Shown here: in pieces, positions 50,101-59,957 of the stretch
Position numbering within the stretch: the stretch's first letter is position 1
How the letters are laid out: each line of letters opens with the position of its first letter
DNA from: Wenzhouxiangellaceae bacterium
GTDB lineage: Bacteria; Pseudomonadota; Gammaproteobacteria; Xanthomonadales; Wenzhouxiangellaceae
Length of the DNA: 64,000 nucleotides
Direction of reading: 5' to 3'
Assembly (NCBI GenBank): GCA_965227925.1
Contig: CBDDGP010000003.1
Location: 869,472 to 933,471 of the forward strand
Position numbers and translations under genes: made by a program
The notes under the pieces: model-generated
Told to the model about the DNA's origin: nothing
Database searches by the model: none
Seen by the model: only the letters and a program-made list of their open reading frames with translations

Positions 50101-50712
50101 CTTCAGCGTGGTCGGCAGCTCGACGGCGGCGCGGACGAACGGGAGCTCGTCGGCCGCCTGGCGCGAGGCCGGGGTCGCCCAGGCCAGGAAGGCCAAGCCG
50201 GGAAGCGGCTGGAACACGTCCAGCCCGGCCCGACCCAGTTCCTCGAGATCGCTTGCCAGCGCCGGGCCACGCAGCTGCACGATCGTCAGCCCTTGGCCGC
50301 CCGGCGTTCTCGTGCCGGCGCTCGCGGCGAGCTCGAGCGGGTCGAAGGAGGCTCCGTGCAGACCCACCCGATAGGGCGAATCGATCCGTTCGCCGGCCCC
50401 GTCGAACGGTGACGGGCCGCGCCCGTCCTCGATCACGATCCAGCGGTAGCCGCCGTAATCCCGCGACCACGAGGCCTGTTCGAGCGCGGACTGCGAAACG
50501 GGTTGCTCGCCGTCCACGCGCCAGGCGCTCTCTGCGGCCGCAAGCGAGCCGGCCGCGGCGAGGCCGGCCAGGAGGCTCGTGCAGACGACGGACTGGAGCG
50601 TCGATCGACAAGTGGACCGAAAGGTGAATCGAAGGATCGATCGGACCGTCGACCGAAGAGTCGACAGGACGGAGGGGTCGCGCAATGGGCGCGCCGGACC
50701 AATAGAACGCAT
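47185..50712 (-). CDS. large secreted subtilisin-like (S8) serine protease with C-terminal Ig/FN3-like and MAM/choice-of-anchor-like domains
   Basis: Catalytic triad context is WATTDTGVW (Asp), SGGHGTHVTG (His) and CTGTSMAAPHASG (Ser). ATG at 50712 is preceded by AGGGAG. The alternative ATG at 50787 would add 25 aa. Confidence 0.85.
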   Translation of the reverse strand: MRSIGPARPLRDPSVLSTLRSTVRSILRFTFRSTCRSTLQSVVCTSLLAGLAAAGSLAAAESAWRVDGEQPVSQSALEQASWSRDYGGYRWIVIEDGRGPSPFDGAGERIDSPYRVGLHGASFDPLELAASAGTRTPGGQGLTIVQLRGPALASDLEELGRAGLDVFQPLPGLAFLAWATPASRQAADELPFVRAAVELPTTLKTQPSLKARGDRIRNVNVHFYNSGDASAVVDELARLGGVRVLDAWPAQPDRRLYNAVIETPAASLPALAAIPQVVALSYLSPEPELEDESAAQVLADNLDASNIPFPGYPSWLVSVGLDGSGVTWATTDTGVWYAHGDYNSRIVGGINYPGCSEANPGDDPTSGGHGTHVTGIWAGDGTAGFVDSNGFLYGHGMAPGASIFAQNPICGSQNSWPPAGGWQVLSRDALLGGAVGSNNSWTSGEGTQHGYQATERTYDLMVLDGNFDTPSVLDPFMVVFSAGNSGGSGVTAPKEAKNVVVTGGTQTFRVSGDVDAIYGSSSRGPAVDNRWLPTIAAPGQSVSSTRRANASQCASSIANTNGEYSLCTGTSMAAPHASGALVLLTEWWRDQFAVDPSPAMGKALLINSAVPVGPTPPPNNDSGWGRIDLSTLVDDGLSFEFRDQSELFTASGESYELVVGVVDPAQPLKVTLVWSDAPGAVGANPAMVNDLDLTVVSGGQTYLGNNFSGGFSQPGGAADRLNNIEQVTLAAPGTSATITVDAFNIAGSVLLDQPGVTTAQHFALVCQNCLDAPDFSMLLDPAELMACVPDSQDVAVAIDSLLGFDDPVSLSATGLPAGVTGSFDINPVTPSGTSTLTVAFGASTAPGTTSAAVEGTSTTGTKSLPLVLNTFDAVPPAPPLVSPADGAVNTLAVQTFEWTTVAQGLDYRLEVATDPGFSTVVHDITTRETSVELTLDSSTFYYWRVTVDNACGSAESATFSFNTQPEPGDCPIGSATLEVWSDDMESGTNGWTPGAGSIQNTWQQSGANVHGGAFAWNAENLDSISDQRLVSPPIALPGSDQLPLTLRFWNHQELEDASGACWDAGVLEISTDGGASWTDLNGSAVLHRSHDGTVNDFASGPNPLAGMEAWCGDPRDWDDYVVDLSAYADQTIQLRFRVGTDGTVGGRAGWTIDDLRVEACGGLAEEIFIDGFESP

Positions 50713-50818
50713 CGGAGAACTCCCTGTACGAAAACGGGCCGCACTGCGCGGCCCGTTGAAAGTACCCGATGGCCTGCCGGACGGCAAGCGCCGAGGGTCC
50801 GATTCGCTTCCGATCCGG

Positions 50819-53464
<2,646 letters not shown>

Positions 53465-53629
53465 GCGATCGCAATCTGGAATGGGCCGGAGGAATAGCGT
53501 TCAAACCAATGTTCTTATTAGTTTTTATCAGATCGATTCGACGTGCAACACGAGCCGCAATGCGAGCACGAATCCGACCTGCAACAACCCTGTAATTCTA
53601 CCACGCCAGGGGCTCCCGACGCACTCCGT

Positions 53630-54655
53630 TCACGCGCTGTCGACCAGCGCCCGAATCCGGCCCTCGTAGGGCGGTTCCAGCACGCCCCGTTCGGTCACGA
53701 TGCAATCGATCAGCTCGGCCGGCGTGACGTCGAACACGGGGTTCCAGGCGTCGATGCCCGGCGGCGGCGCGTCGATGCCCGCCGCACGCCAGATCTCGCT
53801 CGCCTCGCGCTGCTCGATCTCGATCCCGGCGCCATCTCGCGTATCCGCATCCAGCGTGGACACGGGGGCAACCACCATCATCCGCGCGCCGAAGCGCCGG
53901 GCCAGTACCGCCAGCATCAACGTCCCGACCTTGTTCGCCACGTCCCCGGTGCCCGTGATGCGGTCCGCGCCGGTAATCACCCAGTCCACGCGCTCCCGCT
54001 GCATCAGGCCGGCTGCGGCGCCTTCCACGAGGACTTCGGCCGGGACGCCCTCGCGCGCCAGCTCCCAGGCGGTCAAGCGCAGCCCCTGCAACCACGGCCG
54101 GGTCTCGCAGGCCAGGACGCGCGCCAGCCGCTCCTCGCGCCAGGCCCGCACGATGACGCCGAGCGCCGTGCCCGTTCCGCCGGTCGCCAGCGAACCCGTA
54201 TTACAGTGGGTCAACACGGTCGACCCCGCTTCGATCCGTTGCGCACCGTGCTTCGCCATGGATTCGTTGGCCGAGCGATCCTCGTCGTGGAGGCGGATCG
54301 CTTCGGCAAGGAGCTTCTCCACCGCCGCACCGGGGGCCGCGTCGCTCACGCGGCGCATCCGGTCCACCGCCCAGGCCAGGTTGACCGCCGTCGGGCGAGC
54401 CGCGACCAGGTCCTCCAGGTCGGCCAGCCACGCCGCGCGATCGTCGCCGCGATCCCGCGCGGCCAGGACGCAGGCATAGGCGGCGGTGATACCGATCGCC
54501 GGCGCTCCGCGCACCACGAGGTCGCGGATCGCGGCGGTCGCGTCGGCCACCGATGCGATCGGCAGCCAGCGCTCCTCTGTCGGCAGAAGGCGCTGGTCGA
54601 GCAATTCGAGACGGTCGTTCTGGAAACGGATGGATTCGACGCGGGAAGCACTCAT
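53630..54655 (-). CDS. mtnA: S-methyl-5-thioribose-1-phosphate isomerase
   Basis: 341 aa. ...LELLDQRLLP...IRDLVVRGAPAIGITAAY...THCNTGSLAT...GADRITGTGDVANKVGT is typical of the eIF-2B/MtnA family. Confidence 0.9.
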   Translation of the reverse strand: MSASRVESIRFQNDRLELLDQRLLPTEERWLPIASVADATAAIRDLVVRGAPAIGITAAYACVLAARDRGDDRAAWLADLEDLVAARPTAVNLAWAVDRMRRVSDAAPGAAVEKLLAEAIRLHDEDRSANESMAKHGAQRIEAGSTVLTHCNTGSLATGGTGTALGVIVRAWREERLARVLACETRPWLQGLRLTAWELAREGVPAEVLVEGAAAGLMQRERVDWVITGADRITGTGDVANKVGTLMLAVLARRFGARMMVVAPVSTLDADTRDGAGIEIEQREASEIWRAAGIDAPPPGIDAWNPVFDVTPAELIDCIVTERGVLEPPYEGRIRALVDSA

Positions 54656-54760
54656 GACGGCAGTGTATCGTCCCGCGTCGACCGAGGTGCCCGGCCGACG
54701 GCGCAGACGCGCGGATCGGGTATCATTCCGCCGTCATCTTCGATCGAGGAACCGCCCCGG

Positions 54761-55372
54761 ATGAATGCACTCCAGAACTCACTTGCCGTCGTCTCGCTCG
54801 TCCTTGCTGCCTTCGCCCCGGTCGTTTCGGCCCAGGACGACGCGGCAGCGGAGAACCCGTTCATGAAGGAGCGCCCCACCGTCGTGCTGCACACGTCGAT
54901 GGGAGCGATCACGCTGGAACTCTACGAGGACGAGGCTCCGATCTCGGTCGAGAATTTTCTCGAGTACGCTCGGTCGGGTCACTACGACGGCACGATCTTT
55001 CACCGGGTCATCCGCAATTTCATGATCCAGGGTGGCGGCTTCGACCCCGACTTCAACCAGAAGCCCACCGGCGAGCCGATCACCAACGAGGCCGACAACG
55101 GCCTGACCAACAAGCGCGGCTCGGTGGCAATGGCGCGCACCGGCATGCCGCACTCGGCCAATGCCCAGTTCTTCATCAACACGGTCGACAACCCGTCGCT
55201 GGATCATCGTGGCACCCAGTCGGGTCGCACCTGGGGCTACGCGGTGTTCGGCCAGGTGACCGACGGCATGGAGGTGGTCGACGCGATCCGCTCGGTCGAA
55301 ACGACCAGCCGCCCGCCCTACTCCGACGTGCCGGTCGAACCGGTGATCATCGAACGCGTCGAGATCGAGTGA
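54761..55372 (+). CDS. ppiA: periplasmic peptidyl-prolyl cis-trans isomerase (cyclophilin type)
   Basis: Signal peptide, then ...HYDGTIFHRVIRNFMIQGGGF...GSVAMARTGMPHSANAQFFIN is the cyclophilin signature. Confidence 0.92.
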   Translation: MNALQNSLAVVSLVLAAFAPVVSAQDDAAAENPFMKERPTVVLHTSMGAITLELYEDEAPISVENFLEYARSGHYDGTIFHRVIRNFMIQGGGFDPDFNQKPTGEPITNEADNGLTNKRGSVAMARTGMPHSANAQFFINTVDNPSLDHRGTQSGRTWGYAVFGQVTDGMEVVDAIRSVETTSRPPYSDVPVEPVIIERVEIE

Positions 55373-55394
55373 CCCGGCTGCGCCGACCGACGCC

Positions 55395-56147
55395 TTGAGC
55401 GACCTGTCGCCCGACACCCTGATCATTTCCGACCTGCACCTGCAGGCCGATCGGCCGGACATCACCGAGCAGTTTCTCGATTTCCTGGGTCATCGCGCGC
55501 GTCGCGCCCGGCGACTGCTGATTCTCGGCGACCTGTTCGAAGTCTGGGTCGGCGACGACGCGGCCGGCGAGTTCGAACACCGGATCGCATCGGCACTGGC
55601 GGACACGGCGACCGCCGGTGTCGAGATCGCCTTCCTGGCGGGAAATCGCGACTTTCTGCTCGGCGACGACTACTGCCGGATCGCAGGCATGACCCGACTC
55701 GAGGAGCCCGTACGCCTGGACCTCGCCGGTTCCTCCTGCCTGCTGCTGCACGGGGACACGCTGTGCACCGACGATATCGACTACCAACGATTCCGGGCAA
55801 GGGTGCGCGACCCGGCCTGGCAGCGCAGGCAGCTCGCCCGACCGGCCTGGCTACGCAGGGCCCTGGCCCGCGTGTACCGCTGGGTCAGCCGTCACCGCAC
55901 CCGGCGCGCGAAGCCGGAGATCATGGACGTCAACGAGGCTGCCGTGCTGGAGCTGTTCGAACGCACCGGGGTCGATCGGATCATCCACGGCCACACGCAC
56001 CGACCGGGTGTGCATCGTTACCGGATCGACGATGGAGACAACACGCGAACGGTGGAGCGGATGGTGCTCGGCGACTGGTTCGACCACGGCAGCGTGATCG
56101 CAGTCTCCGGCGGCTCGATCGAACTGGTCGAGATGCCGCGAGCCTGA
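55395..56147 (+). CDS. lpxH: UDP-2,3-diacylglucosamine diphosphatase
   Basis: TTG start. TLIISDLHL...LILGDLFEVWVGDD...AGNRDFLLG...LLHGDTLCTDD...HGHTHRP is the calcineurin-like metallophosphoesterase motif set of LpxH. Confidence 0.9.
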   Translation: MSDLSPDTLIISDLHLQADRPDITEQFLDFLGHRARRARRLLILGDLFEVWVGDDAAGEFEHRIASALADTATAGVEIAFLAGNRDFLLGDDYCRIAGMTRLEEPVRLDLAGSSCLLLHGDTLCTDDIDYQRFRARVRDPAWQRRQLARPAWLRRALARVYRWVSRHRTRRAKPEIMDVNEAAVLELFERTGVDRIIHGHTHRPGVHRYRIDDGDNTRTVERMVLGDWFDHGSVIAVSGGSIELVEMPRA

Positions 56148-56168
56148 GGCCGCGGCACGGTCAAGCGG

Positions 56169-57137
56169 TCAGTCCCAGCCCTCGGGATGACCGTCGATCG
56201 GCTTGTAGCCGCCCTCGACGCCCTTGGTGACGATCGCGACCGCGTTGTGCGGGTGCAGGCTCTCGAAGTGGCGGCAGCGCGCCCAGAAGTCGGTGATCCG
56301 GTCGTGGCCGTCCAGCGCGCCCTGCACGCGGCGGCCGGCGTCTTCGCAGAACATCAGGTTCTGGCCGTTCAGGCGAGCGAACTCCTGCTCGTCCTCCCGC
56401 TTGACCGCCGTCTGGACCGGCGTCTTCAACGCGCCTTCGAGCGTGTCGATCAGCTCATCGAACGGAAAGGCCTGGAAGCCGGGTTCGAAGCGCACCCGGA
56501 CATCGGCGATCGAGCGCTGGCTGTGCGGCGTCGCCATGATGCCATTCTCGCTTCCCAGCCAGTTCAGCACCTCGTCGCGGTCCAGTGACCGGCCGGCGTC
56601 GAAGTCCTTTTCGAACTGCTGCTGGATCAACTGCCGCGCAAGCGCCGCCGAGCACGGGCAGGTGCTCGAGTAGGTCACCTCGAAGGCCACTTCGACATCG
56701 AACTGGCGGCCATCGAGCGTCGCGATGATGCTGAAGGGGTACGACCGCCAGCCAGCGTTGTCGCTGGCCAGCGCCGGCCGACGAACCTGGTAGTCGAAGT
56801 CGATGCGGACCATCGCGCGCGTACTCAGGTCGGCGTGCGACTCGAGAAAGTCGCGCAGCAGGTGATGCAGCGACATCGGGGTCACGCTGTGCTCGGCCAG
56901 CGCCCGATCGAGGTGAAGATACAGGCGCGACATGTGGATGCCGCGCACTTCCGGACGGGCCAGGTTGACGAACGCGCTGACCCTGGCCGGGCAGCGGATA
57001 TCTCCGGCACCGTCGGCCGACAGACGGATCGGGATCTCGATCTCGTTCATGCCGACCCAATCGAGGGCGCCCGCAGCCTGGGTGTTCGGCTGCGAGGCGA
57101 TGTCCGGCATCGAAACGACCTGTGACTTGCTCTTCAT
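56169..57137 (-). CDS. folE2: GTP cyclohydrolase I type 2 (FolE2)
   Basis: ATG at 57137 within ORF 56169..57416. ...VRGIHMSRL...VTYSSTCPCSAALAR...FCEDAGR is typical of FolE2/MptA. Confidence 0.88.
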   Translation of the reverse strand: MKSKSQVVSMPDIASQPNTQAAGALDWVGMNEIEIPIRLSADGAGDIRCPARVSAFVNLARPEVRGIHMSRLYLHLDRALAEHSVTPMSLHHLLRDFLESHADLSTRAMVRIDFDYQVRRPALASDNAGWRSYPFSIIATLDGRQFDVEVAFEVTYSSTCPCSAALARQLIQQQFEKDFDAGRSLDRDEVLNWLGSENGIMATPHSQRSIADVRVRFEPGFQAFPFDELIDTLEGALKTPVQTAVKREDEQEFARLNGQNLMFCEDAGRRVQGALDGHDRITDFWARCRHFESLHPHNAVAIVTKGVEGGYKPIDGHPEGWD

Positions 57138-57286
57138 GTCTACGATCCTGGTTGATCCAAGGGCACGGCCGACCGCCGTAAGACCGCGAGTATGGCGACG
57201 CCCGATCAACGTCAGGTGAGCCTGGGGAGGGTCGATTTCAACCCGTCCCGGCGCGCGGTCCGGGGATCGACCGGCGCGAGAGAAAA

Positions 57287-57331
57287 TGGTCGGAGCGGGG
57301 AGATTCGAACTCCCGACCCCCACAACCCCAT
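57287..57331 (-). repeat. displaced 3' half of tRNA-Pro (45 nt identical to 59144..59188), the distal att-type direct repeat of the islet
   Basis: TGGTCGGAGCGGGGAGATTCGAACTCCCGACCCCCACAACCCCAT is identical at both positions. It spans from the first anticodon-loop nucleotide to the CCA end. Identity breaks immediately 5' of this span. Confidence 0.9.
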
Positions 57332-57465
57332 CATGGCGCCCGATTAGACGTAACGCACTGATAATTAAAGGCTTTAATCTCCAGCTGACCGCCCAATACC
57401 GTGCAATTCCGTACATTGAGGATCAATAACTTACATCGCGATATGCTACCGGATTTCCGACCGCT

Positions 57466-58005
57466 CTATTCTCCATTTTGCAGTGTCATCGAGCTCTGAA
57501 TTGAAAATTCGCCGGGGGGCTTGATTCTTAAAAGCCCATGCTCACACCGAATCTTCCCGTCTAGATCGAGCAACCTGGCTTTGTTCTCACTCCGATTTCG
57601 GCTAGTGACCTTCGCGATACCGTCAGTTGTTACGAGGGTATCGCAGCCGGTTGATACGGCAGTCTGCACAACCACAGCATCAAAAGGGGTCAGCATGTGC
57701 CTCTGAGCCAGCAGTGCAGCTTCCTTGCATAGCTTCGTGTGGGCAGGTTGTTTGTAGAAAATGCTTCGATCAAAAAAACTGCTGAAGGCTTCATTTTGTT
57801 GTTCTCGATCAACAACTTGTGACTCGATTTCTCTCAAATACAAGCATTCTGCAATTACTACGGTTGGAAGAACTATCTGAATTTCGCCGTTCTCCGCGGA
57901 GTCAATAATCGTCTGAACGTGTTGAGCTACGGGCTGCCTTTTGGAAATCACATCCAAAATGACGCAAGTATCCAAGCACACGTTTTGTCGACTCTCAACC
58001 GCCAC
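57466..58005 (-). CDS. PIN-domain (VapC-like) putative ribonuclease with ~50-aa C-terminal extension
   Basis: 179 aa, GTG start preceded by AAGG. The four acidic PIN positions are recognisable: VCLDTCVILD, VVIAECLYL, TPFDAVVVQTAV and LVTTDG. It overlaps the upstream gene by 11 nt. Confidence 0.8.
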   Translation of the reverse strand: MAVESRQNVCLDTCVILDVISKRQPVAQHVQTIIDSAENGEIQIVLPTVVIAECLYLREIESQVVDREQQNEAFSSFFDRSIFYKQPAHTKLCKEAALLAQRHMLTPFDAVVVQTAVSTGCDTLVTTDGIAKVTSRNRSENKARLLDLDGKIRCEHGLLRIKPPGEFSIQSSMTLQNGE

Positions 58006-58780
58006 GCAATCGCCTTATGAGCTCCTGCGGGTCCACATCACCCGCAATGCGGAAATCCATCGCCTGCATCTCAGCTAGTGTTGGAAGCTGATCATCACTC
58101 GGTATGGGTTCCCAGCTTTCCACGGTCATTGAAACCGGGGTCCCATTTCGAGCATATTTGGCTTCTCCGAATACACGAATCCTCGATTTGATCAGAGAAC
58201 CCAACTCTTCGGCTTCGTCGGGATCGAAATAGCAGACGGTGGCCCGCGACTTCTGCACCGGTGTGTAGATTCCGAATTCGCTCTTGCTCCCGTGAACGTT
58301 AATCCTTTCGAGACTCCCTTCAAGTTCAGTGCGCTCATGCACAAACTCCGGCCCGAGGGCCAAGTCGATGTGCTCGATCAAGGAAGGGCCAATGTAGAAG
58401 AAACTACCGCTGGAATTCTTAATCCCGATTCGGTCGATCTTTTTGCAGGTAGTGGAGGCGACAGTTCGAATATTAGCGAGGCACCTCTCGGTGAAATGCC
58501 TTGGAGCGACACCGCCCGTTGAGATTGTTTCTACCCCGGAAATGAACGCTGAAACGATACTTGGATTCGTCGCTCCCTCCCGACCAATCCCTTCAAAGTC
58601 GGTAAAACTCGGATTGACTCGCTTAAGGTCACCAACTACCCAATCAACAGACTCGCCTCCATCTGATAGCTCTCTGTCCAATTCACGCAGGGCGACCAGG
58701 GTATGGCGCAGTACAGTCAGAAAAGAAGAGGCGTCAATCAATCCTCCCTTTCCTTCGATTTTCAGAGTCAGTTTCTCCAT
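57995..58780 (-). CDS. hypothetical 261-aa protein, upstream partner of the PIN gene (candidate antitoxin/sensor); no domain recognised
   Basis: ATG preceded by GAGG. Codon usage and G+C match the PIN gene rather than the host. It is far larger than a classical VapB. The sequence begins MEKLTLKIEGKGGLIDASSFLTVLRHTLVALRELDRELS... and ends ...DVDPQELIRRLRGG. Confidence 0.7.
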   Translation of the reverse strand: MEKLTLKIEGKGGLIDASSFLTVLRHTLVALRELDRELSDGGESVDWVVGDLKRVNPSFTDFEGIGREGATNPSIVSAFISGVETISTGGVAPRHFTERCLANIRTVASTTCKKIDRIGIKNSSGSFFYIGPSLIEHIDLALGPEFVHERTELEGSLERINVHGSKSEFGIYTPVQKSRATVCYFDPDEAEELGSLIKSRIRVFGEAKYARNGTPVSMTVESWEPIPSDDQLPTLAEMQAMDFRIAGDVDPQELIRRLRGG

Positions 58781-59077
58781 CTGACCCTCACCGGCCTTAT
58801 CGGGAAATTAGCGCTCTGCAGCGAACAGCACCTGCGCAGACCGTAGAACCTCAGGCACACCCCACAAGCTGCGCAATGCAGCTCGGATGAGCCGAATTTG
58901 ACTGTACCACTTCCGTCTCTCAGCACGCTAGAGCCGGTCTATCGCCCCGCCACTCAAACAAATCGATTGCGAAAACTAGGGTAGCCCGCCAAACCACACT
59001 GCCCCGGCCACAGCGACGCACGGCGCACTCCAATTCGGCCAATTTTTCAGCCAAAATGAAACGCACCACAAAATATT

Positions 59078-59105
59078 TTCTACCTGATTTCTACCGCATT
59101 CTACC
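59078..59105. repeat. three helically phased direct repeats TTCTACC (59078, 59089, 59099) next to the tRNA-proximal islet end
   Basis: The plus strand reads TTCTACCTGATTTCTACCGCATTCTACC. Spacings are 11 and 10 bp. The array ends 38 nt from the tRNA-Pro CCA end. Confidence 0.6.
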
Positions 59106-59143
59106 GGCCCGAGGACCGGGCCGGTACAAGTGCTTGATTTAAT

Positions 59144-59220
59144 TGGTCGGAGCGGGGAGATTCGAACTCCCGACCCCCACAACCCCATTGTGGTGCGCTA
59201 CCAGGCTGCGCTACGCTCCG
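59144..59220 (-). tRNA. tRNA-Pro (anticodon GGG), 77 nt with encoded CCA
   Basis: Reverse complement is CGGAGCGTAGCGCAGCCTGGTAGCGCACCACAATGGGGTTGTGGGGGTCGGGAGTTCGAATCTCCCCGCTCCGACCA. It folds into a perfect cloverleaf with anticodon loop ATGGGGT. Confidence 0.95.
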
Positions 59221-59317
59221 ACCGGAAACTGCGGGGTCGATCTGGATTGTCGATCCGACCGGTCGAGGCGACCTGTCGATTCAGAGAAACGATTATACCG
59301 GCTGGGTGCCGGTCGCG

Positions 59318-59674
59318 TCAGCGGCGAAGTACCTGAAGGACCTCTTCGAGCTCGCTACGCACCTGCCGCACCAGCTGCTGGCTGCGCGAGACGTCCGACT
59401 GGGCCGCTTCGCCCTCGAGACGCTGGCGAGCACCGAGGATCGTGAATCCCTGCTCGTGGAGCAGGCTGCGGATCTGGCGGATCATGATCACGTCGTGGCG
59501 CTGGTAGTAGCGCCGGTTTCCGCGTCGCTTGACCGGCTTGAGCTGCGGGAATTCCTGCTCCCAGTACCGCAGCACGTGCGGCTTGACCGCGCACAGCTCG
59601 CTGACTTCGCCGATGGTGAAGTACCGTTTCGCCGGGATCGGCGGCAGCTCCTGATTACTCCCCGGATCCAGCAT
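59318..59674 (-). CDS. MerR-family transcriptional regulator (the conserved small MerR gene downstream of ihfA)
   Basis: [45 protein letters not shown] is a MerR HTH. It overlaps the ihfA end by 20 nt. Confidence 0.88.
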   Translation of the reverse strand: MLDPGSNQELPPIPAKRYFTIGEVSELCAVKPHVLRYWEQEFPQLKPVKRRGNRRYYQRHDVIMIRQIRSLLHEQGFTILGARQRLEGEAAQSDVSRSQQLVRQVRSELEEVLQVLRR

Positions 59675-59954
59675 AGGCCTCCACCCTTCCGCGCAGTTTC
59701 TGTCCCGGTTTGAACGTCACGACACGGCGCGCCGAGATCGGAATCTCTTCGCCGGTCTTCGGGTTCCGTCCGGGTCGCTGGCGCTTGTCGCGCAACTGGA
59801 AATTACCGAAGCCCGACAACTTCACGTTGTCGCCGGCCTCGAGGGCATCCCGTATGGCTTCGAACCAGGCATCGACGAACTCCTTTGCCTCGCGCTTGTT
59901 CAGCCCCACTTCCTCGAACAGACTGTTGGCCAGGTCGGCCTTGGTCAATGCCAT
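59655..59954 (-). CDS. ihfA: integration host factor subunit alpha
   Basis: [87 protein letters not shown] is canonical IHF-alpha. Confidence 0.96.
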   Translation of the reverse strand: MALTKADLANSLFEEVGLNKREAKEFVDAWFEAIRDALEAGDNVKLSGFGNFQLRDKRQRPGRNPKTGEEIPISARRVVTFKPGQKLRGRVEAYAGSGE

Positions 59955-59957
59955 TGC

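Larger units (their letters stand above)
57287..59188 (-). mobile_element. integrase-less genomic islet (~1.8 kb between repeats) inserted at the 3' half of tRNA-Pro(GGG)
   Basis: Flanked by 45-nt perfect direct repeats. G+C is visibly lower: hand counts of 60-nt lines at 57421, 57781 and 58561 gave 26, 23 and 31 G+C, against 37 at 57181 outside. The islet interrupts the otherwise conserved merR-tRNA-Pro / folE2 neighbourhood. No recombinase ORF lies inside. Confidence 0.8.

Noticed and set aside
53465-53629. AT-rich patch (…CAATGTTCTTATTAGTTTTTATCAGATCGATTCG…) upstream of gyrA as something unusual.
   Set aside because: It is consistent with an ordinary promoter/UP-element region for gyrA. 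I could not define unambiguous -35/-10 hexamers, so no feature was called.
57138-57286. Possible Zur box or riboswitch in the folE2 upstream region.
   Set aside because: I found no AT-rich palindrome resembling a Zur/Fur-type operator and no conserved riboswitch core. There is only a GC-rich imperfect hairpin adjacent to the displaced tRNA-Pro fragment.
58976-59188. 70-aa minus-strand ORF in the islet non-coding arm.
   Set aside because: It overlaps the 3' half of tRNA-Pro and the hairpin and heptamer repeats, and has no RBS. It is most likely a chance ORF.
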